Source of the DNA: a virus
Lineage: Duplodnaviria > Caudoviricetes
Length of the DNA: 64,000 bases
Reading direction: 5' to 3' (one strand)
IMG/VR virus record: IMGVR_UViG_3300017527_001322
Span: 1,843-65,842 of that record
Each line of letters begins with the position of its first letter. Position 1 is the first letter of the stretch. The notes beneath the pieces are model-generated. The model saw only the letters and a program-made list of their open reading frames with translations. It was not told the origin of the DNA and searched no databases. Below are positions 38,161 through 47,163 of this stretch, one piece after another. The position numbers and the translations under genes are program-made.

Positions 38161-39078
38161 TTACGTTACGGCATGACCGTACACAAATCTCCAATCGCTC
38201 CAGCCATAGCTGTACCTCATATATCCGCGATACTTCGCACGGAGGTTGAAGTTCGAAGCGGGGTCCATAGAGAACTCGACAGGGACACGGTCTAGCCACA
38301 GCAGGTGAAGCCTGGCCAGAGCGGTGTCAATCATGAACCAGTCGTTCGCGTCAGTCAAGTAGTCCCACACCAGGTACTGCAGGCCCTGACGGCCAGGGAG
38401 GCTGTCATGATAGTCGGCAGTGTCGGGCTTTTGAGGCTGGCCACTCTGCATCGTATTCACGATGGCGTTGGCCGTCTCCTCCAGCTCGGGCGGAATGAGA
38501 ATCAGGTTGGGATTGACAGCAATCAACTTCCCCCTGTCGTCCTTGGTCTCGCGCATGAGCCTGCGGGTCGAGACCACAGCGTCGTAAGACAGCGCGGTCG
38601 TGCCTTTGTTGTCGTGCGCAGTGGTGTTGCTAGGACTTCTGGGGTGGTCATCGGCGCAAAGCGCCTTGGAGTCCCCGCCGAGGTAGCTGCCGGAGAATGC
38701 GTTGTTAAACACAGACGCAGCGTGCTCCTCACGGGTCCTTGCAGCGCCCATGCCCAACTGCTTGGGCCGGGGCGTGATTAGATTATACTGGTCATCGTCG
38801 ACGAGCGAGCGCTCTACGACGAAGCCACGGGCGTACTGGACGTGCGTCAGAGTAGTCTTATGGCCCTCTTCAGGGTCATCGTACTCAATCGCGCCTTTGT
38901 ACTCCTCCCAGTTTCCGAGGCCACCAACACCCAGGTAGTGCTCCGATGCTTTAGACGAAGTTTCGACGTTGAAGAGCATCGGAATCCTGGAGGCGTCAGC
39001 CAGCTCCGAGAACGCTACAAAGAAGAGTTGGCGCAGGCCGGGCTCAAGCAAGTTGGCCCATTGTTCACTGATAGCCAT
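38161..39078 (-). CDS. major capsid protein (Mu gpT-like)
   Basis: 'VDDDQY', 'GGDSKALCADDHP', 'LIPPELE', 'YLTDANDWF' and 'GWSDWR' motifs. Confidence 0.9.
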   Translation of the reverse strand: MAISEQWANLLEPGLRQLFFVAFSELADASRIPMLFNVETSSKASEHYLGVGGLGNWEEYKGAIEYDDPEEGHKTTLTHVQYARGFVVERSLVDDDQYNLITPRPKQLGMGAARTREEHAASVFNNAFSGSYLGGDSKALCADDHPRSPSNTTAHDNKGTTALSYDAVVSTRRLMRETKDDRGKLIAVNPNLILIPPELEETANAIVNTMQSGQPQKPDTADYHDSLPGRQGLQYLVWDYLTDANDWFMIDTALARLHLLWLDRVPVEFSMDPASNFNLRAKYRGYMRYSYGWSDWRFVYGHAVT

Positions 39079-39091
39079 GATTTATCTCCTC

Positions 39092-39550
39092 TTATGCGTT
39101 CCCAAAGGTCGTGTCAGAAAACACGACATAGGCCCAGACATTTCCCTCATCGTCGAGGAGGGAAGCGTCGAACAGGATTGCAGCACCGTTCGTGCCATCG
39201 TCGGCATCGAGCGTATTGGCGTCTACCGTATCGCACTTTTTGGTATATCCTACAACCAAAGCAGTCGTGGCAGCATCCATCGAACAGCGCCAAACCTGAT
39301 TCCTGGTGATGATAGCAACCTTGCCCTTGGTCGTGCCGGCAGTGATGTCAGCAGCAGCAATCGCCTCCATCATGACACCGGTCACCTCGGTCGTGGTACC
39401 GGTTACCTGGTCCACGTACCCGTCAGACTGCATGAGCACAAGGTCACCGACCTTATGAGCTGCAGCCGCACCAAGGGTGAAGTCTTGGATTAGGGGAGTA
39501 GCATTGGAACCGTCTAGCATGTAGGCAAATTCGAAGCCACGTGAACTCAC
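39092..39550 (-). CDS. capsid decoration/cement protein
   Basis: between scaffold and capsid genes; AAAGGAG RBS before a GTG start. Confidence 0.7.
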   Translation of the reverse strand: MSSRGFEFAYMLDGSNATPLIQDFTLGAAAAHKVGDLVLMQSDGYVDQVTGTTTEVTGVMMEAIAAADITAGTTKGKVAIITRNQVWRCSMDAATTALVVGYTKKCDTVDANTLDADDGTNGAAILFDASLLDDEGNVWAYVVFSDTTFGNA

Positions 39551-39563
39551 GGTATCTACTCCT

Positions 39564-40241
39564 TTACTTGAATTTACTGTAGTCTTCCGGCGACATGCCC
39601 ATCTTCTTTGCGATTTCAAGCTCGTCGTCACTCAGCTTGACTGGCTTGTCTCCTGGCCTGTCCCCCCCGCCTGCGCCAGCATCTAGTGTTGGCGCCTGCG
39701 GCTTGCCCACTAGGGGTAGCCTACCGGATTCCACGAGCGCCTTGACCGCAGTATCGACTCCTTCAACCTCCCCATTGTCACCGGTGGTGACGCTGGAGCG
39801 GTCGGCCAGATTGAAGGCGTCGTCCGGGTATTTAGCACCCTGGCGTCCGGCTTCGGCTAGGAACGCAGCCCTGATAAGCGTCTCCTGAGCTTGTGCGAGA
39901 GCTTCATCTCGCTCAGCCTGGGCTTTCATCGCCGTCTGTTGTGCTTCCAGAACCTGAGCTTCAACCCGCTCCTGCTCCGACATCTGCGACTGCTTGAACT
40001 CCTTGAGCTCCTTCAGCGCTGCCTGCAGGCCCTCCGGGTCGTCGAAACCAAGCCCCGTGATGAACTGGTTGACGAAGCGCTTTCCACGCTTGGACACCTG
40101 CTCATTCAGAATGGCCTGGTGCTCTTCTTCAGTAAGCACTCGCCCCGCTGCCTGTTGACCGCCGGCAGGAGCGTCATCTTGGGGCGCTTCTGGGGTCTCC
40201 TGACCCCCCTCTGTGCCCTGTTCATTGGGCTCTTCTGGCAT
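39564..40241 (-). CDS. capsid scaffolding protein
   Basis: acidic N-terminus, coiled coil, 'QMSEQER', C-terminal 'AKKMGMSPEDY'. Confidence 0.85.
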   Translation of the reverse strand: MPEEPNEQGTEGGQETPEAPQDDAPAGGQQAAGRVLTEEEHQAILNEQVSKRGKRFVNQFITGLGFDDPEGLQAALKELKEFKQSQMSEQERVEAQVLEAQQTAMKAQAERDEALAQAQETLIRAAFLAEAGRQGAKYPDDAFNLADRSSVTTGDNGEVEGVDTAVKALVESGRLPLVGKPQAPTLDAGAGGGDRPGDKPVKLSDDELEIAKKMGMSPEDYSKFK

Positions 40242-40282
40242 TTCTACCTCCCGAGATTTGACCGTGCTCGTCACGTGTAATG

Positions 40283-40317
40283 AAAAAGGGGCCACCCGCA
40301 CAAATGCGGATGACCCC
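40283..40317 (-). terminator. terminator upstream of the scaffold gene
   Basis: GGGGTCATCCGCA/TGCGGGTGGCCCC stem followed by T5. Confidence 0.75.
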
Positions 40318-40368
40318 GTGTTTCCTGTGGTCCTGAGGTCCTGTCCTGGGTATGATGGCCCAGTGCAG

Positions 40369-40557
40369 TTATTTAGCTTTTTCCGGCTGAGTGCCGAAGA
40401 GTATACTCCATTCCCACTCGTCGGCTTTCCTCTTGTTTAGGATTATAACATAAACCGAGTCTGATTGCAAGTTCTCCACTCTTCTGGCTAACTTCAAGGC
40501 CGGGCTAGACAGAAACTCATCCTTACCCACCCGGTGTGACGATGTGCGCTCCGCCAT
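40369..40557 (-). CDS. small basic protein, possible regulator of the head genes
   Basis: 62 aa; immediately upstream of the CAGGA repeats and the terminator. Confidence 0.55.
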   Translation of the reverse strand: MAERTSSHRVGKDEFLSSPALKLARRVENLQSDSVYVIILNKRKADEWEWSILFGTQPEKAK

Positions 40558-40744
40558 AGTCCGCCTTTTCAGATAGAATTTGGATGTTCTCCTCGTCAGT
40601 GCCACAGAAGCTACACCCCTTGGTGTCAGCCCCTGTCGGCGACTTGACCTGCCACTGGTGGCCGCAAACACTGCAAACAGCATACTCGCCTGTCACATAT
40701 GGTGCGCTGTCCGATGGACCGTGCACGTCAGTTGGAAATGTCAT
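40523..40744 (-). CDS. Zn-ribbon protein
   Basis: CSVC...CSFC; GAGGTG RBS. Confidence 0.65.
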   Translation of the reverse strand: MTFPTDVHGPSDSAPYVTGEYAVCSVCGHQWQVKSPTGADTKGCSFCGTDEENIQILSEKADYGGAHIVTPGG

Positions 40745-40918
40745 CTTTCACCTCTTCTCGCAGAACTGGAACTATCCAGCCGATAGAGAGCGCAACGGCA
40801 AAGGCCCAGAGCGCAACCACTGCCCACACGAGCCACCCGCTCAGCCCCATCAAAAGCCACGCTATGACGAAAAGACCAGCAAACACACTAATGCCAATGG
40901 TTATGAGTATCATTGCAT
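40728..40918 (-). CDS. small 2-TM membrane protein
   Basis: C-terminal part of ORF 40728-41198 (MILITIG...); start position approximate. Confidence 0.45.
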
Positions 40919-40936
40919 TCGCGTACTTCTCTTTGC

Positions 40937-41479
40937 CTATGGCCATGCTGGCGACATATCCCACCAGATATGCACCAACAACGCCGCTGAGAAGGAGAGC
41001 GAGATACAGAACAGGTAGGTGGAGGAAGCGACTGCCGCAGGTGTGAATCTCCCAGAGGACAGGCGCTCTACCAAGGGTAAGACGACACTGGACAGCATGG
41101 TCCAGGTCAAGAAGAAAACCAGCGCCGATGCCACAAGCCCCAATAAGGACTGCATCAACAAGTCGAAAGGGGCGTTTAGATAGTACCTCGTGCTCCATAC
41201 CGCTTCTCCTATTTGCTCTTGCAGCTCAGGCAGTACAGCCTGAATCTGTAGTGGGAAATCAGGCGGAAGAACCTGCTCTGTGTTTGCCAGCACCTCTCCA
41301 AGCCACTCAGAGGTGGGGGTTGGGGTAGAAACACCAACCACAGCGGTCGCCGTTTCGGATGGCTCCATCTGCTGGCCATACAACGGTGCATGCCCAGTGA
41401 CATCATGAAAGAACCACCAGATATCCTCTGGGACGAGTGGAAGCTGTACCGGCGCAGGCGTAGGTGTTGGCCCTGTCAT
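40937..41479 (-). CDS. membrane protein with a Pro/Thr-rich N-terminus
   Basis: ATGA overlap, AGGAGG RBS, PTPTP repeats, two TM segments. Confidence 0.6.
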   Translation of the reverse strand: MTGPTPTPAPVQLPLVPEDIWWFFHDVTGHAPLYGQQMEPSETATAVVGVSTPTPTSEWLGEVLANTEQVLPPDFPLQIQAVLPELQEQIGEAVWSTRYYLNAPFDLLMQSLLGLVASALVFFLTWTMLSSVVLPLVERLSSGRFTPAAVASSTYLFCISLSFSAALLVHIWWDMSPAWP

Positions 41480-42321
41480 GCCTTCCTCCTTGCCAGCTCG
41501 GCCCGGGCATCCTCCAGCATGACGGCTGTGAGGTCCAGGTCAAACTCCTTGATATACAGAGCCAGGGCTGTCCGGCACCATGTGTGAAATGGCGGGGCAT
41601 CCATCCTGTCTGCATACCGGGGCGTACCCCTCAAAACAAACCTGTCGTCGATTTCCTGAATCTGGCCATGCACTCGCAAGCAGCAGTTGGTGGTCTTATT
41701 ATCAATGTGTGCAATAGCCTGTTTCTTTATTTCCAAATCAGGTGGCAGGCGATAGTTGCCATCGCCATCCTTGCGACCGAAGAGCCAAAGAAGGAAGGCA
41801 ATAATGGACGCCATGGCCAGCCACTTCGTTCCGTCCCTATTTATCGGAGCCGGCTGCAGGGCGCCTAACCGATACTCATCGCCGTAGATAAGAGCCGGGT
41901 CCGCATCGGCAGCCATGAGCGCCTGGACACCATTGAGCTGGCCATCCACCGTGGCTACCCAGCCTGTAGAAGCGTCGAATGGCACCTCGCCAATGCCGGC
42001 TGGGCCGAGGTCCACACCGGCCACGGTATAGTACCCTGCCTGCCTTATGGCCGACTCCTGGCCAATCTTGGCCGCCTCGACGGTGGACTCGGCAATAATC
42101 ATGTGAAGCTCTGTCCGCAGAACAGTCATGGCCTCCCACCTGGCCACCTCGTCGCCGTCCCGGTACGAGGCCATTATAGCCTTCCTGGCCCTTCTGTAGG
42201 AGCTCAACACTCCTCCACGTGGGTGTTGGGAGTTACCAAGGTAACGGTCGAACATAACGCCCATCTGCCGATTGGTACGCTGGGCGTCTGCTATCGCCCT
42301 TCTCAGTGGGTTAGGGGGCAT
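41476..42321 (-). CDS. minor head / Mu gpF-like morphogenesis protein
   Basis: 'IDNKTTNCCLRVHGQ...PPFHTWCRT'. Confidence 0.85.
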   Translation of the reverse strand: MPPNPLRRAIADAQRTNRQMGVMFDRYLGNSQHPRGGVLSSYRRARKAIMASYRDGDEVARWEAMTVLRTELHMIIAESTVEAAKIGQESAIRQAGYYTVAGVDLGPAGIGEVPFDASTGWVATVDGQLNGVQALMAADADPALIYGDEYRLGALQPAPINRDGTKWLAMASIIAFLLWLFGRKDGDGNYRLPPDLEIKKQAIAHIDNKTTNCCLRVHGQIQEIDDRFVLRGTPRYADRMDAPPFHTWCRTALALYIKEFDLDLTAVMLEDARAELARRKA

Positions 42322-42916
42322 ACGCTCTCATCCAGACCTCTCCCGGAAGGCCGGGGACCTCACCCTTGTTTTCCACCCACAGCCCCAGGTCCTCAAGCAT
42401 CTGCTTGTACTGCCAGTACGAACGCCTCATAGTCGGGAATCCCTGCCAGTTGTTAACGTTCACATTGTACGGCTTGCCACACAGTGCATTGGCGAACAGT
42501 TGTCCCCCCTCCGCAAGGGGCATAACCATGCCGTGAATCACGCCCTCAAGCTCGTCATTCGGCACGTAATGTAGCACGGAGAAGGCCCACACAAAATCGA
42601 ACTCTGGGGCGAGTATGTTGGAGGCGACACTCTCTTCATACAGCCCAGGGTTCTTTACCTCCAGGCCGGCCTCCAGAACGACCTTCTCTGCGACCTCGAT
42701 AACCTCACCACGAACATCAATGCCTGTGTAATTGCCTGTATCCAGGTAGTCTATTACCCACTCACCTAGCGCCAGGGAGCCACAGCCCACATCGAGAAAC
42801 TTGTGGTGTGGCTTGAGCCCGACATTTATGGCCTCAGAAAATTGCCACTCCCGAATGACATCCCACTTAGCTACTGGATGAGACAGTTTCTTCTCTTCGT
42901 CCGTCAGAGCCATCAT
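42311..42916 (-). CDS. class I SAM-dependent methyltransferase
   Basis: LDVGCG motif I, 'FDFVWAFSVLHY' and 'L.EGG'. Confidence 0.88.
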   Translation of the reverse strand: MMALTDEEKKLSHPVAKWDVIREWQFSEAINVGLKPHHKFLDVGCGSLALGEWVIDYLDTGNYTGIDVRGEVIEVAEKVVLEAGLEVKNPGLYEESVASNILAPEFDFVWAFSVLHYVPNDELEGVIHGMVMPLAEGGQLFANALCGKPYNVNVNNWQGFPTMRRSYWQYKQMLEDLGLWVENKGEVPGLPGEVWMRAYAP

Positions 42917-44327
42917 TATCCTCCCGTGCAGGAGCGCCCATAGTGCCAAGCTCCAGGGCCATCTTCTGCATCTCCATCATGTTTTGGTACTCTGGAGAAT
43001 CTTTCATCTTCTCAATCTGCTGAGGCGTGTACCCCATTTCCTCCCAGAGTGTTGGTGTGGGGATTCCCAAGGCCTCCCTCTTGATTGCCGCCGTTTCCGC
43101 AGCAGCTTTTTCATTCCTTGTCTCTGGGTCAGCCCACACAGTTGAGATGGTGACATCCGTGTCCAGTTCCCCCGTCTCACCCGTCTCCGTTTCGCCAAAG
43201 ATATTCCAAAGCCTCCGTGCAACAGCCATCACATCTTCCCAGGCATTCCCAATGGTAACCTGCCGGTTCTCAACCTTACCAATTAGACCACTTTCTTCCT
43301 GCTTCAGTGTGCCCTCTGCAGCCCGGTACGAACTGACCTGGAACCGCGAGAGTGGGGTCCTGGACACACGGGCAATCTCAATGACAAAGCTGTCCATGAA
43401 TTCCTTGAGATTGGAGAGGTCTTCACCAGGAAAGTAACCAATAGCCACAGCGTCCTCCCCCTCGGGTGGATGGTTCGAGTGAATCCAGACCCCGGGCGCA
43501 ACCTCGACACCACTAGGGTCATCCCCAAGCATGTAGTAAATGCGGAATGCTGTGGTGTCGGCTGCGGCAATGAGGTCGATGACAGCCTTGTTCAAGGCGT
43601 CCTGCAAGGGGGTGATGTCCTTCAGCTCCGACTTGCCCCAGTTGTAGCCAGTGTCCTTGTTCCTGAAGTGAATGACCGGAATGCCAATAGGGGTGCCGTC
43701 CATGTCTCGCCAATCAGCCAACCAGGGCTGACCATCTTCAATGTAGGGGAGCCATCCCCCCTGGCCTCTGTAATAGCGCTCCATCCGGTCTGGGTAGTAC
43801 AAGTTCAGGCGCCTTTGGCCCCAGTCATTCTCCCAGCGCTTGGAGGCAAAGCGAACAACACTGCGCTGGCCACGTGAGTAGTGACACTTCACGCCCTCCT
43901 CACCATCGAAGGCCAGCTCGTAATCGAATCTGGGGATGCCCTTGACTGGGTCCCAGGAGATGATGACATATGCGTCACCGTCCCTGCAGGCCGCAGTGTG
44001 GACAACGCCCTGCTGGTGGTCCATCCTATTTTCGGCCCACCAATCCCAGAACACCTTGGGCTGCTCAAGCTCGTCGTCGGCTGCGAACCCGGTGACCTGC
44101 ATCTTCTCGGCAACAGCATCCACGACGATAGGGCAGTAGTTTGACCTGAAAACGTCTGCCCCAGGTCCCAAATTCAGGTACTGGCGTTGACGTTTTGTAA
44201 TCTGTGTCTGGTGCTCGCCGTCATAATACTCTCGGAACTTCTCGTAGCCGTCCTCCCTGGAGCCAGTATCATTGTCGATGATTCCCAAGGCCCAGGGGGT
44301 GCCCATAACCACTGCTTCCTCAGACAT
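42867..44327 (-). CDS. portal protein (SPP1 gp6-like)
   Basis: 'YYDGEH', 'NYCPIVVD', 'GIPVIHFRN' and 'GKSEL...LQDALN'. Confidence 0.92.
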   Translation of the reverse strand: MSEEAVVMGTPWALGIIDNDTGSREDGYEKFREYYDGEHQTQITKRQRQYLNLGPGADVFRSNYCPIVVDAVAEKMQVTGFAADDELEQPKVFWDWWAENRMDHQQGVVHTAACRDGDAYVIISWDPVKGIPRFDYELAFDGEEGVKCHYSRGQRSVVRFASKRWENDWGQRRLNLYYPDRMERYYRGQGGWLPYIEDGQPWLADWRDMDGTPIGIPVIHFRNKDTGYNWGKSELKDITPLQDALNKAVIDLIAAADTTAFRIYYMLGDDPSGVEVAPGVWIHSNHPPEGEDAVAIGYFPGEDLSNLKEFMDSFVIEIARVSRTPLSRFQVSSYRAAEGTLKQEESGLIGKVENRQVTIGNAWEDVMAVARRLWNIFGETETGETGELDTDVTISTVWADPETRNEKAAAETAAIKREALGIPTPTLWEEMGYTPQQIEKMKDSPEYQNMMEMQKMALELGTMGAPAREDNDGSDGRREETVSSSS

Positions 44328-45600
44328 ACGGAACCGCCTTTGCTGTGCCGTAGTTCCGGTGTGAAAGCAACAGCTTCCACACGGCCCAAACTACGGCATC
44401 GAGTCTATTGGGAGAGGGCATTCTGCCACCTGGTATCCAGTTGCACATTTCATCCTCCAGCAACGGGAACGCACCAACATGATGCACCCTCCCCCTCTCA
44501 TAGAGACTACTGACTGGTCCGGCCCTAATCTTCTTTCCCCTACTTGCACGCACTTCACCTATCGGAATGAAGTTACCACCAGCCACCGTTCTCATTGTGT
44601 TGGCGACCATGTCGCCACCAAAGTTGGTCTCAGCCACCAGCATGTCCGCCTCGTGGGTGTCATAGGCATCCACCGAGGCTCCACCCCACGCTTGGGGCAG
44701 GCCGGCCATGCTCAGGTCATCGAGAACAAAGGCGTGAGTTTCACCGTCAACCGTGGCTGAGCCGGCTACCACGATGCCACACTCACCGGTCTCAGCGCCG
44801 GGCGGGTCGACCCCCACAACAATGGTATCCATCGGAGGAGCCTCAAATACACGGCTCTGCTCAAGCATGGCCCTTCTCCACAGCGCCCCGGGATGCTCGT
44901 CGACCTCTTCGGCCAGAATCTCCATGCGGTAGGCGATGTTCGACATGTCGTCAACGATGTCGTCGAGAGCCTCTTGATTGAGAAATGGGTTGTCCAGGCT
45001 AGAGAAGGAGAAGGCCTCCCATCGGGGCACCTCGCCGGCCTCGATGGCTTCCTGGTACCTAATCTCCGCCTTCTTGAATAGCTTCCTGGCATGGTCACCC
45101 CTGGCTCCCTGGCGGGTCGTGTAGATGAAGTAAGCATCGCCGCCATTGTCGAGGAGCATGGGCGCCCCGACCTCCTCCCAGGCAGACGGATTCATGTTTT
45201 GGTACTCGTCGAGGATAAGGCGGTCGGCCCAACCACCACGCAATGTCTCTGCATCGTATGCTGACTTTGCCTTTATTCTTGCCGACTGCCTCGGCCCAGG
45301 CCTGTCGATGAAGCGCTTTGTTTCGTTTTTAATGAGAACGCCACCCTCAATGGCGTCCCAGAGGGCGTCCTTGACCTCTGACCAGAATGTTTCTACCTGG
45401 AAGTCAGTGGGCGCGGCATACAGCACCCGGTAGCCCTCCAGAAATGACATAACGGCTATGAGAGCCATCAGTAAGGTTTTGCCGCCACGCCTCCCGGCTC
45501 GAACTACCTTCCGTTTCGCAGGAGATACAATGATTTCCTGCTGTTTCTTGTGCGGCCTCCTAAGGCGAACTTCTATCTCGATATTTGGGTCTAAGCTCAT
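44320..45600 (-). CDS. terL: terminase large subunit
   Basis: Walker A AGRRGGKT, Walker B LILDE, nuclease motifs VGVDP and PNRLDA. Confidence 0.95.
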   Translation of the reverse strand: MSLDPNIEIEVRLRRPHKKQQEIIVSPAKRKVVRAGRRGGKTLLMALIAVMSFLEGYRVLYAAPTDFQVETFWSEVKDALWDAIEGGVLIKNETKRFIDRPGPRQSARIKAKSAYDAETLRGGWADRLILDEYQNMNPSAWEEVGAPMLLDNGGDAYFIYTTRQGARGDHARKLFKKAEIRYQEAIEAGEVPRWEAFSFSSLDNPFLNQEALDDIVDDMSNIAYRMEILAEEVDEHPGALWRRAMLEQSRVFEAPPMDTIVVGVDPPGAETGECGIVVAGSATVDGETHAFVLDDLSMAGLPQAWGGASVDAYDTHEADMLVAETNFGGDMVANTMRTVAGGNFIPIGEVRASRGKKIRAGPVSSLYERGRVHHVGAFPLLEDEMCNWIPGGRMPSPNRLDAVVWAVWKLLLSHRNYGTAKAVPYV

Positions 45601-45958
45601 AGCGTGCCAGACTGCGAGCTATCGGCCAGCTCTTGGCAATAACCCGCAAACCAGTTTTTTCTCCGACCGCCCTTACAATCTTTTCTGCCAGCTCCCTGGC
45701 ATCGGGCGCCATGACAAGGGCGCGAACGGACAGTTGCCCGTCGCGCTCGCTGTCTCGATACGTGCCTCCGGCTGGATAGGGCTTGGAACCAATCGCGAGC
45801 TCCAAGCGTGGGGGAAAATCCTCGACTGACACCTCCCAGACCAGGTCTCCCAACTCCGCCATGCGAGCAACTCGCTGGCAGGCGACCGGGAGCGCCCTGG
45901 CCACTTCCCGCCCGGCTGCTTCCCAATCTACGCTCTTTCCTCGCCCATGTGCCGACAC
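45560..45958 (-). CDS. hypothetical protein
   Basis: fills the gap between 45928-46128 and terL. Confidence 0.5.
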   Translation of the reverse strand: MSAHGRGKSVDWEAAGREVARALPVACQRVARMAELGDLVWEVSVEDFPPRLELAIGSKPYPAGGTYRDSERDGQLSVRALVMAPDARELAEKIVRAVGEKTGLRVIAKSWPIARSLARYELRPKYRDRSSP

Positions 45959-46128
45959 AACTCCACCATAGCCTCACCAGGCGTGTCTGCCACGAAGTGG
46001 GGGATTGGCTCTATTACTCCCTGCTCCCCAGGCCCTTTCTTGACCTCCTCATAGCAAACGAACCTATCATCGGCCTGCCGAATTACCACAAATGTATGTC
46101 TGGAAACGTCATCTCCCAGAGTGACCAT
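45928..46128 (-). CDS. hypothetical protein, probably leaderless
   Basis: ATG 6 nt after TATAAT of a TTGCCT-17-TATAAT promoter. Confidence 0.6.
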   Translation of the reverse strand: MVTLGDDVSRHTFVVIRQADDRFVCYEEVKKGPGEQGVIEPIPHFVADTPGEAMVELCRHMGEERA

Positions 46129-46144
46129 GTGACCATTATATCAT

Positions 46145-46178
46145 AAAACGAAAGGGCAGGCAACATGCCTGCCCTTTC
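46145..46178 (-). terminator. terminator hairpin overlapping a -35 box
   Basis: GAAAGGGCAGGCA/TGCCTGCCCTTTC stem followed by GTTTT. Confidence 0.75.
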
Positions 46179-46215
46179 ACAGGGAAGAGAGATTGAGACC
46201 GACGAGGTAGTCTCA
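46145..46215 (-). ncRNA. candidate ~70-nt small RNA
   Basis: TTGACT-17-TATAAT promoter (46249-46221), a hairpin with an ACCTC loop, a pyrimidine tract and a terminator. Confidence 0.55.
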
Positions 46216-46241
46216 ACCAGATTATAGCCCAAAAGCCAGCA

Positions 46242-46589
46242 CTAGTCAAGCTCGATTGTTTTTTGGTTGATAGCGACTTCTGGCTGGCCTGGGGCTGTGT
46301 CAGCATAGGTGATGTTAAACTGAACCAACTGATTACCCCTGCGCTCTGCGTTAACCACCGACTCCGGGGTGCCGATTGCCCACTTGGACAGCCACTCACG
46401 GGACCAACGGTCCCCCTTCTTGGCATCCATTATGGCTGCTTCGATTATCTCATCCCAGTGGTCCTCCGTTGCAAGGATATCCTGCAGCCGGGCAACGAAC
46501 CGATTCTTTTTGGCGAGAGGCTTCTCTACGGCCTTGACGATACTAGCACCTTTAGGATTGCCACTCTTGCCCTTGTCCCACTTTGCCAT
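46242..46589 (-). CDS. terS: terminase small subunit (DUF5681-like)
   Basis: 'WDKGKSGNPKG' N-terminal motif; 'AKKGD...WL...G.P'; upstream of terL. Confidence 0.8.
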   Translation of the reverse strand: MAKWDKGKSGNPKGASIVKAVEKPLAKKNRFVARLQDILATEDHWDEIIEAAIMDAKKGDRWSREWLSKWAIGTPESVVNAERRGNQLVQFNITYADTAPGQPEVAINQKTIELD

Positions 46590-46914
46590 TCTGTCTCCTA
46601 TAAGAGAACGAGCACCAGGGTTGCCAACCCGTGCTCGTCACTCGACTGCCACTCAACACGCACGCCTACATGCCATTTTTTGTAGGCATTTCCTATGATT
46701 TTAGATTTTAGCACTCTCTCCAAAGTGTGCTGTGGTCAGGGGACCTTGGCCTGCAAGAGCAAAATCCCCAAGATTACGTTTCTGTGGCATGACCCTCCCT
46801 TCCCGGTACTAGTCAATCGAAACGGATACCCAGCGCTACCAGTCCGTCCGTTTTGCCGTAAAACAGCACTGGGCACTCGGTCAGCAACCGTGCCGGCTGC
46901 CTAACTTAAGAACA

Positions 46915-46943
46915 GTATATCACAAAAGGCAGTGGTCGTCAAT
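46915..46943 (-). promoter_or_regulatory. promoter upstream of the packaging genes
   Basis: TTGACG-17 nt-TATACT with extended TG. Confidence 0.7.
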
Positions 46944-47163
46944 CTCGATTCGGAGGCACCAGGACCGGACACCAGTCCGGTGTGATGATTCCATGAGTTG
47001 GCCGCCCCTTACCCTTCGTTTGCCTTGGCGCATCTGGGTTGTAGCACCGATGCGACCTAGTGCGGAAGTGATAGCACTTCCAGCACGAATTCACGCTTGG
47101 CATCCACGCCGCTGGCCCAGGCCCTATCTGCTTTTCATCCGTCGACATAATCAATGTCCTCAT
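46939..47163 (-). CDS. small Cys-rich protein
   Basis: CWKC...C...PDWCP. Confidence 0.55.
   Translation of the reverse strand: MRTLIMSTDEKQIGPGPAAWMPSVNSCWKCYHFRTRSHRCYNPDAPRQTKGKGRPTHGIITPDWCPVLVPPNRD

Noticed and set aside
46708-46734. CIRCE (HrcA) element
   Set aside because: There is one perfect TTAGCACTC half site, but the other arm matches only 6/9 and at 8-nt spacing; the GAGTGCTAA at 22-30 is also a lone half site
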